Of a DNA stretch of 64,000 bases, positions 48,034-58,368 are shown piece after piece. How positions within the stretch are numbered: position 1 is the first letter of the stretch; the number at the start of each line of letters is the position of its first letter. This stretch comes from an uncultured Gammaproteobacteria bacterium (GTDB lineage: Bacteria > Patescibacteriota > Patescibacteriia > UBA9934 > CAZDDW01), in the NCBI GenBank assembly GCA_964504365.1, contig CAZDDW010000001.1, positions 68,293 through 132,292 of the forward strand, written 5' to 3'. The notes under the pieces were generated by a model. The model worked only from the letters and a program-made list of their open reading frames with translations, was not told the DNA's origin and searched no databases. A program made the translations under genes and the position numbers.

Positions 48034-50087
48034 TAACAACTTTACCTGGTATCGGTGAAGTGGTGGCCAGGGATTTGAAGAAGATGGGGGTCGAGACTAT
48101 TAACGACCTGCTTTTTTATTTCCCTTTTCGATATGATGATTTATCTAAGGTTTGTTTGATCTCGGAATTGGCTCCTGGAGAGGTTGCCACGATACAAGGT
48201 CGGGTGAGCACGATAAAGTCTCGTCGATCTCCTCGCAAGCGAATGATGCTGACTGAAGGCGTGGTTGAGGACGAGACTGGGCGGATTAAAGTGATCTGGT
48301 TTAACCAGCCTTATTTGGCTAAGTCTTTGAAACCAGGGACAGTGGTGTCATTATCTGGTCAGGTTGATGATAAGTATGGTTTGGCTATGGCTAATCCGAT
48401 ATATGAGATTGTTAGCGGTAGCGAGACTAAACACACTGGGCGGATTGTACCGATCTATTCTTTGACCGGATCGTTAACACAGAAGCGGATCAGGGCTGCG
48501 ATCCATTATGCACTTGAGGCTGTGAACCAGATCGAAGATTGGTTACCAGAGCAGGTAGTTGAAGAAGAACAATTTTCAGATATTGCCACAGCGATCATGC
48601 AGATCCATTATCCAGATGATTGGCCGCGTTGTGAACAGGCGATTGATCGGAATAAGTTTGATGAGTTGTTTTTGCACCAGTTGATGTTTGCTCGTTCACG
48701 GGCTGATGTGGTCAAACGTCCGGCGTATTCGATCGAGCGTGACAAAAAAGCTGAAACTGCATTTGCTAGTTCGTTCCCATTTGAACTGACTAAGGCACAG
48801 AAGCGATCGGTTGACGAGATCTTGTCTGGTATGTCCGAGGAGCATCCAATGAACCGTTTGTTAGAGGGAGATGTTGGGTCTGGAAAAAGTGCTGTTGCAG
48901 CCGCGGCGATCAAGGCTTGTCTGCGGTTAGGACATCAGGCTGCGTACCTGGCCCCGACTGAGATATTGGCTCGACAGCAATGGCAAGAGTTAGGTGTTTT
49001 GTTTCCTGATCAAGAGGTCGTCCTTCTGACTCGAAACGTAGCGGAACCCTTTAGGGTTCCAGCGTCGTCAGATGGAAGGCTAAAGCCTTCCGCTACGTTA
49101 CAAAAGAGCGAAGTAAAAAAAGCACTTCGTTCTGGCGAGATTCAGTTCGTGGTCGCAACCCACGCTTTACTTCAAGAAGGGTATGAATTCGACAAGCTTG
49201 GTTTGTTGGTGATTGATGAACAGCATCGTTTTGGTGTTCGGCAGCGGCAAGAGCTGATGAGTCGTGCTGGCAAGATTGCCCCACACTTGTTATCCATGTC
49301 AGCTACACCGATCCCGCGATCCTTGGCGTTAAGCATTTACGGCGATCTAGATATTTCGATCTTGGATGAATTGCCAGTTGGTCGTAAGCCGATTAAGACT
49401 CATTTGGTCAGCGATAAGAATATGAGTAGTGCAATTAATTTGATCGAACGTGAGATCGAGTCTAAACACCAGGTTTACGCGGTCTGTCCACTAATTGATC
49501 CGTCAGATAAACTTGGTGCTAAGTCAGTGACCGAGTTCTCGGACGAGCTGCGATCTGGTCCGTTAGGGAAATATCGAATCGAGATCCTGCACGGAAAGTT
49601 AAAGTCAGCAGATAAGTCTGAAGTGATTAAACGATTCGTTGCCGGTCAGATTGATATTCTTGTTTCGACTACTGTTGTTGAGGTTGGGGTTAATGTTCCG
49701 AACGCAACGGTTATGTTTATTGAAGGGGCAGAGCGGTTTGGTTTGGCTCAGTTGCACCAGTTGCGCGGTCGAGTTGGACGAGCTGATATTGAGTCGTATT
49801 GTGTTTTGCACCCGAATTCTGTGTCAGATATATCGCGAGAGCGACTGGTAGCCATGACTGAATCGAATGATGGTTTTGCTTTGGCTGAGAAAGATTTGGA
49901 ACTTCGCGGGTCAGGCAACTTATTCGGCACAGCTCAGTCTGGTTTTATTGACTTCAAACTAGCCACTCTAGCCGATGTTGATCTAATGAAAAAAGCCCGT
50001 GATTGGGCCGGGAAAATTAATGTTGAAGATTATCCGGATCTAGAAGATAAGGTAGAACAGCAGTACGAGCAAGTACATTTTGAGTAA
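48000..50087 (+). CDS. recG: ATP-dependent DNA helicase RecG
   Basis: Wedge domain, then helicase motifs (GDVGSGKS, DEQHRFG, QLRGRVGR). Confidence 0.92.
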   Translation: MFDTMVQLSDLVTTLPGIGEVVARDLKKMGVETINDLLFYFPFRYDDLSKVCLISELAPGEVATIQGRVSTIKSRRSPRKRMMLTEGVVEDETGRIKVIWFNQPYLAKSLKPGTVVSLSGQVDDKYGLAMANPIYEIVSGSETKHTGRIVPIYSLTGSLTQKRIRAAIHYALEAVNQIEDWLPEQVVEEEQFSDIATAIMQIHYPDDWPRCEQAIDRNKFDELFLHQLMFARSRADVVKRPAYSIERDKKAETAFASSFPFELTKAQKRSVDEILSGMSEEHPMNRLLEGDVGSGKSAVAAAAIKACLRLGHQAAYLAPTEILARQQWQELGVLFPDQEVVLLTRNVAEPFRVPASSDGRLKPSATLQKSEVKKALRSGEIQFVVATHALLQEGYEFDKLGLLVIDEQHRFGVRQRQELMSRAGKIAPHLLSMSATPIPRSLALSIYGDLDISILDELPVGRKPIKTHLVSDKNMSSAINLIEREIESKHQVYAVCPLIDPSDKLGAKSVTEFSDELRSGPLGKYRIEILHGKLKSADKSEVIKRFVAGQIDILVSTTVVEVGVNVPNATVMFIEGAERFGLAQLHQLRGRVGRADIESYCVLHPNSVSDISRERLVAMTESNDGFALAEKDLELRGSGNLFGTAQSGFIDFKLATLADVDLMKKARDWAGKINVEDYPDLEDKVEQQYEQVHFE

Positions 50088-50141
50088 GTTTGCTATAATA
50101 GAAAAGAACATTATTTAACATAAACATAAATCATTATATTT

Positions 50142-51320
50142 ATGCGTGCACTTGCTTCTTTTGTTGCCGCTTCCATGCTGTTTGGTTTAGTCGGATTTGT
50201 TTCGATTCCTCAAGCCAAGGCTGCTGAAGCCGGTGATTTAATCTCATGTCCTGATTTTAGTTCGATCTACTATCTGGCTGATGATAATACCCGCTGGGTG
50301 TTCCCTAATGAAAAAACTTATTTCACTTGGTACGAAGATTTTGACGATGTGGTCGAGATCACTTGTGAAGAATTAGCTTCGTACAGCATTGGTCAGATTG
50401 TGACCTATCGTCCAGGGACCAGGTTGGTAAAAATCCAATCAATTAATAAAGTATATGCTGTTGAGCCTGGAGGTGTTTTGCGTTGGATTGGAAGCGAAAC
50501 ACAGATCGATGATCTTTATGGTTTTGATTGGGCCATGAGAATTGATGATGTGCCTGATGGTTTCTGGTCTAGTTATACTGAGGGAAATGCGTTGGCTCTT
50601 GATGAATATCCAGCAGGTTCAGTATTGCAGAGGAGTACCTCGCTTTTTTATTTAGTCAGAGCTGATGATAGTATATTTTGGCTCAATCCCAATTATGTTA
50701 GCACCCTATTAGACAGCCATGCTGTTTGGACAACAGATGAGTATTTAGAGTTAGCTGAGGCGGATACTAAAAACTCTACATTAAAAAGTGAATTTGATGC
50801 CCTGCATAAGATAGATGCCGAGGTGGTCATCGAGGAGCTGACAGCAGGTGAGGAGGTGCGATTATCTGAAGGAAATCTTGATTGTGGCACTAATTATTTT
50901 TGCCTAGTTGCCGCTGCATCTGGTTGTTATAACAAGTCGCTTGTCTATAATTATATGGTTGATAGTGCTCCGTACACTTATTACGACACGATGTATATGT
51001 TTTTTGAGCCAGGTGGAGATGAGTGTGTATTTCATATAGAACACATAGAGACAACTGCTGAGATGATGGATGAATATTATGACTCGTCGCTTGCTGCTCT
51101 TGGTGGAGATGTGAGTCTATTGGAACAAGGTGTGGAAAGTGCCGCTCAGGGCCGTTCGAATAGTTTGGATGATATCTCTCTTGAATATACTTTTGATGAA
51201 GAAAATGATGGTAATGTCCAGGCCGCTTTGACTGTCTGGTACAACGAAGGTGAAGTGGACTTATCACAGTTCCAGTATATATCAGATTATACGATTGTTG
51301 ATTCTAAATACGATTATTAA
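50142..51320 (+). CDS. secreted hypothetical protein
   Basis: Signal peptide (ASMLFGLVGFVSIPQAKAAEA). 392 aa. Confidence 0.4.
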   Translation: MRALASFVAASMLFGLVGFVSIPQAKAAEAGDLISCPDFSSIYYLADDNTRWVFPNEKTYFTWYEDFDDVVEITCEELASYSIGQIVTYRPGTRLVKIQSINKVYAVEPGGVLRWIGSETQIDDLYGFDWAMRIDDVPDGFWSSYTEGNALALDEYPAGSVLQRSTSLFYLVRADDSIFWLNPNYVSTLLDSHAVWTTDEYLELAEADTKNSTLKSEFDALHKIDAEVVIEELTAGEEVRLSEGNLDCGTNYFCLVAAASGCYNKSLVYNYMVDSAPYTYYDTMYMFFEPGGDECVFHIEHIETTAEMMDEYYDSSLAALGGDVSLLEQGVESAAQGRSNSLDDISLEYTFDEENDGNVQAALTVWYNEGEVDLSQFQYISDYTIVDSKYDY

Positions 51321-51325
51321 AAATT

Positions 51326-52459
51326 ATGTCAGATATATACAAGAAAACAACAACAACTTCTTACGGTGGCCGTCTAAAAAATTCGCTTGTTGCTGTGTTA
51401 ATTGGTATCGCACTTTTTGTAGGTTCGTTCTTTGTTCTTTTTTGGAACGAGGGTCGAGTTGATTTATCAAAAATTGCCAAGACCGCTGTACCAATTGAAT
51501 CATCAGTAGTTAGTGATAATCCTGAGTTGCAAAAAGAACTTGTTGTTACCCAGGGCTTAGTGACTAGTCCAGAACAACTGGGTGATAGTATGTTTTTTAA
51601 GAAAGGAGATTATTTGGTTGTTGAACGAGTGAGTGAGATGTATTCCTGGGTGGAAAAGGAGACTTCAACTAAGAAAAAGAACATGGGTGGATCAGAAACA
51701 AAAGAGACCACTTATGAATATACAAAGGAATGGATTGAAGATGTTCCAGATTCAGAGAGGTTCTATCAATCACAGTCTTACTATAATCCAGTTAAGGAAA
51801 TTGATAGCCAAACAATGACTGTGTCTAAAGCTGGCCTGGGTCAGTATCAACTGGTCCCGTCTCAAGTTGATTTTCCAGAAACAAATCAAATTAGTGTGTC
51901 CGCAATGAATATTGATTTACCATCGGACATGACTTTTATTGGCGATGACTACTTGTACAGAGGCAGTGACTATAACAATCTGGAAGTGGGGGATTTACGA
52001 GTGTCCTACCAAGTGGTCATGGCTGATCAGGAAATGACCGTGTTTGGTGCACTTAACGGACAGAATATTTCAGTTTATACAAATGACAACGGTGATAGTT
52101 TGTATCGCTTGTTCTATCAAGACGCTGAGGGCGCGGTGGCTTTAATGCATCAAGAGTATGCTCGATCAGTTTGGCTGCTTCGATTAATTGGCTTCCTGAT
52201 GATGTGGGTGGGCATGTTAGCTATGTTGCGTCCAATTACGGTTTTCTTGGATGTGGTACCGATCATGGGATCAATTAGTGCTTTTAGTTTCTTGATCCTG
52301 ACTTTGCCAGTAGCTCTAGTCTTGTCCTTGTTGACCATAGTTCTATCAATTTTGTTTCATAACATTGTGGTGGTCATGATTGCCGGTATTGTGGCACTGG
52401 TCATTGCTTTCTGGTTCATGACCAAACGAAACAAAAAAGCAGCCCCAAGTGCTGTATAA
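51326..52459 (+). CDS. membrane protein (N-terminal TM, large extracytoplasmic domain, C-terminal TM cluster; TMEM43/DUF1625-like topology)
   Basis: 377 aa. Hydropathy pattern only. Confidence 0.35.
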   Translation: MSDIYKKTTTTSYGGRLKNSLVAVLIGIALFVGSFFVLFWNEGRVDLSKIAKTAVPIESSVVSDNPELQKELVVTQGLVTSPEQLGDSMFFKKGDYLVVERVSEMYSWVEKETSTKKKNMGGSETKETTYEYTKEWIEDVPDSERFYQSQSYYNPVKEIDSQTMTVSKAGLGQYQLVPSQVDFPETNQISVSAMNIDLPSDMTFIGDDYLYRGSDYNNLEVGDLRVSYQVVMADQEMTVFGALNGQNISVYTNDNGDSLYRLFYQDAEGAVALMHQEYARSVWLLRLIGFLMMWVGMLAMLRPITVFLDVVPIMGSISAFSFLILTLPVALVLSLLTIVLSILFHNIVVVMIAGIVALVIAFWFMTKRNKKAAPSAV

Positions 52460-52472
52460 TTGATGTTCCAGA

Positions 52473-53795
52473 TTATAATTCGGAAACCGATTTGATTCCT
52501 CGTAGAGTCAGATCGGTTTTTGTTTTGCTGGCTCTTGCTGGAACCCAGGCTGTGCTCATACCCAAGCGGGCGATCTCGTTTAGCCGACGCTCGATGAACG
52601 ATATTGATCGAACTTCACCACCAAGTCCAACTTCACCAAATACAACCACTCCTTCTTCGATCGGCTCGTTTTTTACAGCTGAGACTATAGCTGCAGCAAC
52701 AGCAAGATCAGCCGCTGGTTCATTCAGAGACAGGCCGCCGATCACGTTTACAAAAATGTCAGATTCGCCTAGTTTCAAACCAGCACGTTTAGACAAGATC
52801 GCAGCTAGCATTTGTAAGCGATTAGCGTCAAATCCACTAGCCCGTCGGACAGGTGTGCCATAAAAGGATTTATCAACCAGTGCTTGAACCTCGACTAAGA
52901 ATACACGCGAGCCTTCGACGGTTGCTGTGATCGCAGATCCAGGTGATTGGGTTCGTTCAGCCAAGAAGCGTGATGATGGATTTTCAATTGCGACCAAACC
53001 GTTCTCTTTCATCTCAAACACACCAACCTCGTCAGCAGACCCAAAACGATTTTTTGAAGCACGAAGTAGCCGTGTTGCATGTACCGGATCTCCTTCGAGA
53101 TTCAAAACAACGTCGACCAAGTGTTCTAATGTTTTTGGTCCAGCAACAGATCCATCCTTAGTTACTTGTCCTACCAAGATGATTGGCAGATCAGTTCGTT
53201 TAGCAAGTTCAACCAGCATGGCTGTTGCAGCTCGGACTAAGTTGGGAGAACCAGCAGCGCTTTCTATTTGCATTGAACTTAATGTTTGAACGGAATCCAC
53301 AATCAGTAGTGCTGGCTTAGCTTTCTCAACTGTGGCTATGATTGTGCCAATGTCGGTCGCTCCTAGATAGCTAACATTTTTTCCAGCGATGTCGAGTCGT
53401 TTAAATCGACCAGACAACTGACCAGCAGACTCTTCGCCAGATGCATAAATAATTTTTTCAGAACCGATTGATCCAGCGACCTGGGCAACAAGAGTTGATT
53501 TTCCAATCCCAGGTTCGCCAGCAATCAAAACAACTGATCCAGGGACAATCCCTCCACCAAGCACTCGGTCGACTTCAGAAATACCGGTGCCAGAACGCAC
53601 GGCCTCAAAAGATCCAGAACCGAGATTTTCAAGTTCGGTTGGTGCAGAGCGAGCAACCATTTTTTTGCCAGCAGAAACAGGAGGCCCTTCGACCTCCTCC
53701 TTGACCGTGCCCCAGGCACCACACTCAGTACAACGCCCGGTCCACTTAGTATATTGTGAATCACATTTAGAACAATGGAACATAGTAATTAACAA
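52473..53795 (-). CDS. radA: DNA repair protein RadA/Sms
   Basis: N-terminal C4 zinc finger (CSKCDSQ...CTECG), Walker A GEPGIGKST, KNRFG motif, Lon-like C-terminus. Confidence 0.92.
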   Translation of the reverse strand: MLITMFHCSKCDSQYTKWTGRCTECGAWGTVKEEVEGPPVSAGKKMVARSAPTELENLGSGSFEAVRSGTGISEVDRVLGGGIVPGSVVLIAGEPGIGKSTLVAQVAGSIGSEKIIYASGEESAGQLSGRFKRLDIAGKNVSYLGATDIGTIIATVEKAKPALLIVDSVQTLSSMQIESAAGSPNLVRAATAMLVELAKRTDLPIILVGQVTKDGSVAGPKTLEHLVDVVLNLEGDPVHATRLLRASKNRFGSADEVGVFEMKENGLVAIENPSSRFLAERTQSPGSAITATVEGSRVFLVEVQALVDKSFYGTPVRRASGFDANRLQMLAAILSKRAGLKLGESDIFVNVIGGLSLNEPAADLAVAAAIVSAVKNEPIEEGVVVFGEVGLGGEVRSISFIERRLNEIARLGMSTAWVPARASKTKTDLTLRGIKSVSEL

Positions 53796-55207
53796 CTAGA
53801 GGAATATGTTTTAATTGTGTTTGTGGTACAACCCCCTTCATACAGTTGAAAGTGCCAAATTTCTTTTGTATAGCGGTACCATCCTGCAGCATACATGATT
53901 TCAGCTAAGGTGCCAATTTTACTTGAATCAACCGTAGATTGGGATTTGTAGTTGACGTTCCAAGCCTCCTTGCCATCAGACGTCTTATATTTTAGATCAA
54001 CTGCACCACCAGTTCCATGCGGTGAGCTACCTGGCCAAGCCACGGCGCTAGGAATATTAGGAGTACGTCCTTCAGATTTAGCTTCCTTGATTTCATCACA
54101 AGCCAACTCAAGCTGTGTATGTAATGGACGCAGAGCACTTACAATAAACAACGTAAGATTACGCGACTGTGCTTGATCTCCAGCCCGCTTTAAAGCCTCG
54201 ACTGCTCCGGGTCCGATTCTCAAATAAGAATATTTACCTTCGATTGCTGGGTGAGAAGGGAGAGGAACCGCGTCTTCTGGAGCGAGGACACCTAATGTGG
54301 TTGGATCGACTTCATCGTATAGGGCGTCACGATCAGAACCATCGCCGGTTTTTTTACACCAGGCCTCACAATCGGCATGTGTTCCACAAAGCTTACCAAG
54401 AGCTGGGTCAAAAGATGCATCGTATCTATCCTCTGGAACATATGATCGTGTTACATACTTGAGTTGCAGCGGTTCAAACAAAGTCAGATTAGGATTAACA
54501 GTAAACAGAATTATATAACTTCCGATAAGTAATATCATCCCAGTGATTGCACCTCGGATTCGTGTTAGCCCTTTGTCTGGCTGTCCGATCATGTACTGGA
54601 CGCCACCAACCATGACCATTACTGTGGCAACAATTATCGCTGTGCTAAGCATCCATTTATAAAGAGCAATAACATATTCAGCCAAAAAGTTAACTTCCAA
54701 AATATCACCACGTTGTGCTATTGGCGAAAAACTAAGATTAGGAATATCAACGCTTAGATTGGGGATGATTGGATCGCTAGGCTCTTCAGCACCGAATGCG
54801 GCGTGCGTATCTTCGCAAGCATATAAAGAGGTTGCATACTCTGAGTCAGTTGGTTCAAAATATTCATACCGTTCTGAGCATTCGAGTTCGCATTCTGTCT
54901 CATCGTAGATGCCCAAGACTTGACAGTCCTCACCTTCATAACAAAAACAATTTCCACCAGCTGCTCGTCCGGCTTCTGTTAGACAGTCATTTACATAGTC
55001 GGTGTAATTTGGATCACTGGCTTCAACGACTGAACCGTTACCGTTGGTGTAGTCGGCAAGACAAGTATCTTGGCAATCAACCTCATCAACAATACCCAAC
55101 TCGACACACCCGTTATCATCGTTGTAACAAACACAGGTATCCCCAGCTGCCAATAGGGCGGTTGGCCAGAGTAAGATTGTTAGTGCAAGAATAAGAAAGT
55201 ACCGCAT
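53789..55207 (-). CDS. secreted Cys-rich / 2-TM pilin-like / M15 (VanY-type) peptidase fusion protein
   Basis: Signal peptide and two CxCY...GC...C modules. Two adjacent TM helices (STAIIVATVMVMVGGVQYM; GMILLIGSYIILFTV). C-terminal SxHxxGxAxD (SPHGTGGAVD) and ExxH (EIWH) M15 motifs. Confidence 0.6.
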   Translation of the reverse strand: MRYFLILALTILLWPTALLAAGDTCVCYNDDNGCVELGIVDEVDCQDTCLADYTNGNGSVVEASDPNYTDYVNDCLTEAGRAAGGNCFCYEGEDCQVLGIYDETECELECSERYEYFEPTDSEYATSLYACEDTHAAFGAEEPSDPIIPNLSVDIPNLSFSPIAQRGDILEVNFLAEYVIALYKWMLSTAIIVATVMVMVGGVQYMIGQPDKGLTRIRGAITGMILLIGSYIILFTVNPNLTLFEPLQLKYVTRSYVPEDRYDASFDPALGKLCGTHADCEAWCKKTGDGSDRDALYDEVDPTTLGVLAPEDAVPLPSHPAIEGKYSYLRIGPGAVEALKRAGDQAQSRNLTLFIVSALRPLHTQLELACDEIKEAKSEGRTPNIPSAVAWPGSSPHGTGGAVDLKYKTSDGKEAWNVNYKSQSTVDSSKIGTLAEIMYAAGWYRYTKEIWHFQLYEGGCTTNTIKTYSSSC

Positions 55208-55209
55208 AA

Positions 55210-56484
55210 TTATATATAACAAGCGCCACGATAATGGAAATGCATGTAGTCGTAGACCCCTTTCCAACGACCACCCCAATCAAAGTTATTTATTTGGAAA
55301 GCCTCTATAACCTCAGGAGGTAAATCATGCTGCCCGTTACTGATTCTTTCAAGTTCACTTTCACCGTGTAGGCCATTCTGACAAATAGTTACACAGTTTT
55401 CATGGCTACCACCACCGATACAGTACTGACAGCTCCCGCCTTCACGGCAGCTTCGTGGGCAGTTGATGTTTGTGTCTGGATTAACATCAATGGCTACCCC
55501 AAAAGCATGTGGACTGAGCTTGCCAGGTGAGTTTTTATTACAGCGCCAGTTATATGTTCCGCCAGCAGTTGAGCGAGTCGTATCGTAAGTAGTTGTTGTT
55601 GAAATTTGAGTAAAAGCTTTTTCAAAGGACTCAAGGGCCAGTTTATGGACTTTATAGCTTTGGCCGTTATGAGTTATGGTAACCAGATTGCGTTCGACCT
55701 CAGACTTGCTATTGCCATACGTGCTAAGCATGCAATCCTGCCATTTACTAACCCCCCATAAATCAGCCGCACATTCTCCTCCTTCTCCATAAGCCATACC
55801 AGCAATGTCTTCTGGAATTCCACCAATGTATTTAATCCGCAGTGGTTCAAATAAAGTTAGTTGAGGATTTACGGTATATAAAATAACATAGCTACCAAAG
55901 AGCAAAATTAAACCAGTTACCGCACTTCTAATTCTGGCCTTTCCTTTTTCAGGATCTTCGACCATGTATTGCACACCCCCGACCATGATCATTACAGTGG
56001 CAACAATTATTGCTGTGCTAAGCAACCATTTGTACAGTGCAACAACGTATTCACCTAACCAGTTTACTGTTAGGTAATCACCATCTTCTAAGAGTGGTGT
56101 GAAAGTTAGGTTTGGAATTTCAACCGCCAGATAAGGAACAACCGGTTTCCGTTTTTCAATCACAGGAGGACCAACTAATGCAGCTGCATGAGGACCAACT
56201 AATGCAGCTGCATCAAGACAATCATCTAAGGCATCTGTGTAATCTGCATCTGTTGTTTCAGAAAAGACAGCTCGAACAACACCCAGATCTTCTTCCATGT
56301 AGTCCTCATAAATTTGGTCACAATCAATTCGACATTGTTCAAGTGTGGTTGGATCATAAATGCCTGGACGATCACAACCGTCAATCGTGTTATAACAAAA
56401 ACATCGGTCGCCCTCTTCTGCTGCCAAAAGAGTTAGCGGCCATGAAAACAGTATTAATAGCGATATGGCTGCTATTTTTTTCAT
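55210..56484 (-). CDS. paralog of the upstream fusion protein (Cys-rich / 2-TM / M15 peptidase)
   Basis: The same architecture: CFCYNTIDGC, STAIIVATVMIMVGGVQYMV, SPHAFGVAID and DYMHFH. Confidence 0.6.
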   Translation of the reverse strand: MKKIAAISLLILFSWPLTLLAAEEGDRCFCYNTIDGCDRPGIYDPTTLEQCRIDCDQIYEDYMEEDLGVVRAVFSETTDADYTDALDDCLDAAALVGPHAAALVGPPVIEKRKPVVPYLAVEIPNLTFTPLLEDGDYLTVNWLGEYVVALYKWLLSTAIIVATVMIMVGGVQYMVEDPEKGKARIRSAVTGLILLFGSYVILYTVNPQLTLFEPLRIKYIGGIPEDIAGMAYGEGGECAADLWGVSKWQDCMLSTYGNSKSEVERNLVTITHNGQSYKVHKLALESFEKAFTQISTTTTYDTTRSTAGGTYNWRCNKNSPGKLSPHAFGVAIDVNPDTNINCPRSCREGGSCQYCIGGGSHENCVTICQNGLHGESELERISNGQHDLPPEVIEAFQINNFDWGGRWKGVYDYMHFHYRGACYI

Positions 56485-56488
56485 GCGT

Positions 56489-57145
56489 TTATTCTTGTTC
56501 TAGAAGCTTTTCACGTACAGCCTTTTCCAAGGTGTCGTAAGAGACGGCTCCAACGTAACGGTCTTCGCCAATAAATAAAGTAGGTAAGGCAGTTAAGGAC
56601 AGCGCATTTGCTTCTTCAAGGTTTTTTTCAATCTGCGGTAGAGTTTCTTGTTCTTCCCAACATTCAACAAAAGATTCAATATCTAATTCTATATTTGTTG
56701 CAATTGCTAAAATTGTTTGCTCGTTTAAGAGGGCCTGATTAGCTAAAACTGAATCATGAAATTCCCAAAAACGCCCTTGTTCATGAGCACATAGTCCAGC
56801 AACAGCCGAAGTAACAGCCATAATATCTGCCCCTTCGTTTGGGGTTAGTTTGACAACATGTTGAACATCATTAGGTAGCTCATTCTGTAGACGAACAATG
56901 TTGGTGGCCATGTCTGCACAAGCTGTGCAAGTTAAATCACTTAGCTCAACCAAAACAATGCTTGGTTCATCAGTTCCGCGGACCGGATCAATAAAAGTCA
57001 CAGTTGGTTCAGTAATTGTTACAACTGTTTCCGTCGTTTCTGTTTGTGTTCGAGTTGGTGGCTTGCTAGAGATATAAAAAACGATTAGCACCACAGCTGC
57101 CATGAATAGCACGCCAAGCCAAGAAAGAGTTCGGTGATGTTGCAT
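56489..57145 (-). CDS. DsbA-like thiol:disulfide oxidoreductase (thioredoxin fold, CxxC)
   Basis: N-terminal TM anchor, CTAC active-site motif, and a second Cys pair. Confidence 0.6.
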   Translation of the reverse strand: MQHHRTLSWLGVLFMAAVVLIVFYISSKPPTRTQTETTETVVTITEPTVTFIDPVRGTDEPSIVLVELSDLTCTACADMATNIVRLQNELPNDVQHVVKLTPNEGADIMAVTSAVAGLCAHEQGRFWEFHDSVLANQALLNEQTILAIATNIELDIESFVECWEEQETLPQIEKNLEEANALSLTALPTLFIGEDRYVGAVSYDTLEKAVREKLLEQE

Positions 57146-57147
57146 AG

Positions 57148-58359
57148 TTATTGGAGTTTTATCATTTGCAAAATACCAGAGTCAGCATCAGTAAAAAACA
57201 AAGTAGATCCGTCGTCAGAAAGAGTTAAGCTTTCCATGGACACATCGTCATCTGGGATGGCTAGTAAACTAGAAACACCAGAACTTAAGTCCACCTCGTA
57301 AACATAGTCGAAGGTGTCATCAGCCAAAGCTCGTTGTATTCCTGAGTTACTAGGCAGGTTCTGTGGTACTGCACAGAGAATAGAACTAGCACTAGAAAAA
57401 GTGCATTTATCAACCCAAGTTTCTATGCCGAGATTGCGTCGATTGTCGCCCATGTCATCTCCTGATCCATCGACCAACCAAAGTGTTGGTTTATAATCAT
57501 TGGTCTGCCCAGACACAGAGTAGAGGATTTGGTCTCCGCGAGGTGACCATTGAGCCTCAAAACCAAATCCTTCAACAACCAAACCTTTAAAGTTTTCCTC
57601 ACTTTTCCCAATCGGTAAAATCATCTTGCGACCAAAACCAGTTTGGGCTGGGCCGGTGTCAGAAAAAGCAATCACCTGATCGTTTGGCGACCAATTCACT
57701 TGCACCTGGTCTTCATTGTTACCCAAAGCAGCCATTCCTTGTGTTCTGGTACCGTCATCGCTAGTAATCACTAGCCAGCGATTGTTTGGATCAACACCTA
57801 AACTTTTTGTCACAATCTCACTGCCGCTTGGCGAAAAGTCAAAATCCTCCCAGTGACTTGGTAATGTCACCTGTACCTCTGTTTCAAAATTATAAACAAC
57901 GTTTGAGCCATCTGGAAATTCGATTACAGCCTTGTCTCCTTGATTGGCCCAGGCAACACTATCTACATCTGGAAATTTTTGATCTGACAATTGGGTCGCT
58001 GTACCGTCCTCATTGATTCTATAAAAATGATCGTCACTTGGGTCATAGTAGTTCATGCTTGATCCATCAGGGTTGATGCTAGTAGAACCGACACGGCCAG
58101 TAGTAAGGGAGGTGACAGCAGTTAAACCACCTCGGGCTATTTCTGATGCAACAAGTTCGTCAGCTTCTTCGGGAATAATTGTTGTTGGCAGGCCTTCTTC
58201 AGCTGTGGGGAGTCCGGTAACGACTCCATCCTCAATGATAACTTCTTCCTCGACCAATGCGGCTGGTCTAAAGAAAACCAAATATAGGGCAACTGCAATA
58301 CCAACAGTAACAACGATAAAGGCAGTGACTAGCAGTATTTTTTTAACTCGTTCTGACAT
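57148..58359 (-). CDS. membrane-anchored beta-propeller-like (TolB/PD40-like) protein
   Basis: N-terminal TM. Repeated D/W/G-containing blade-like segments. Tentative. Confidence 0.35.
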   Translation of the reverse strand: MSERVKKILLVTAFIVVTVGIAVALYLVFFRPAALVEEEVIIEDGVVTGLPTAEEGLPTTIIPEEADELVASEIARGGLTAVTSLTTGRVGSTSINPDGSSMNYYDPSDDHFYRINEDGTATQLSDQKFPDVDSVAWANQGDKAVIEFPDGSNVVYNFETEVQVTLPSHWEDFDFSPSGSEIVTKSLGVDPNNRWLVITSDDGTRTQGMAALGNNEDQVQVNWSPNDQVIAFSDTGPAQTGFGRKMILPIGKSEENFKGLVVEGFGFEAQWSPRGDQILYSVSGQTNDYKPTLWLVDGSGDDMGDNRRNLGIETWVDKCTFSSASSILCAVPQNLPSNSGIQRALADDTFDYVYEVDLSSGVSSLLAIPDDDVSMESLTLSDDGSTLFFTDADSGILQMIKLQ

Positions 58360-58368
58360 ATTTTTATT

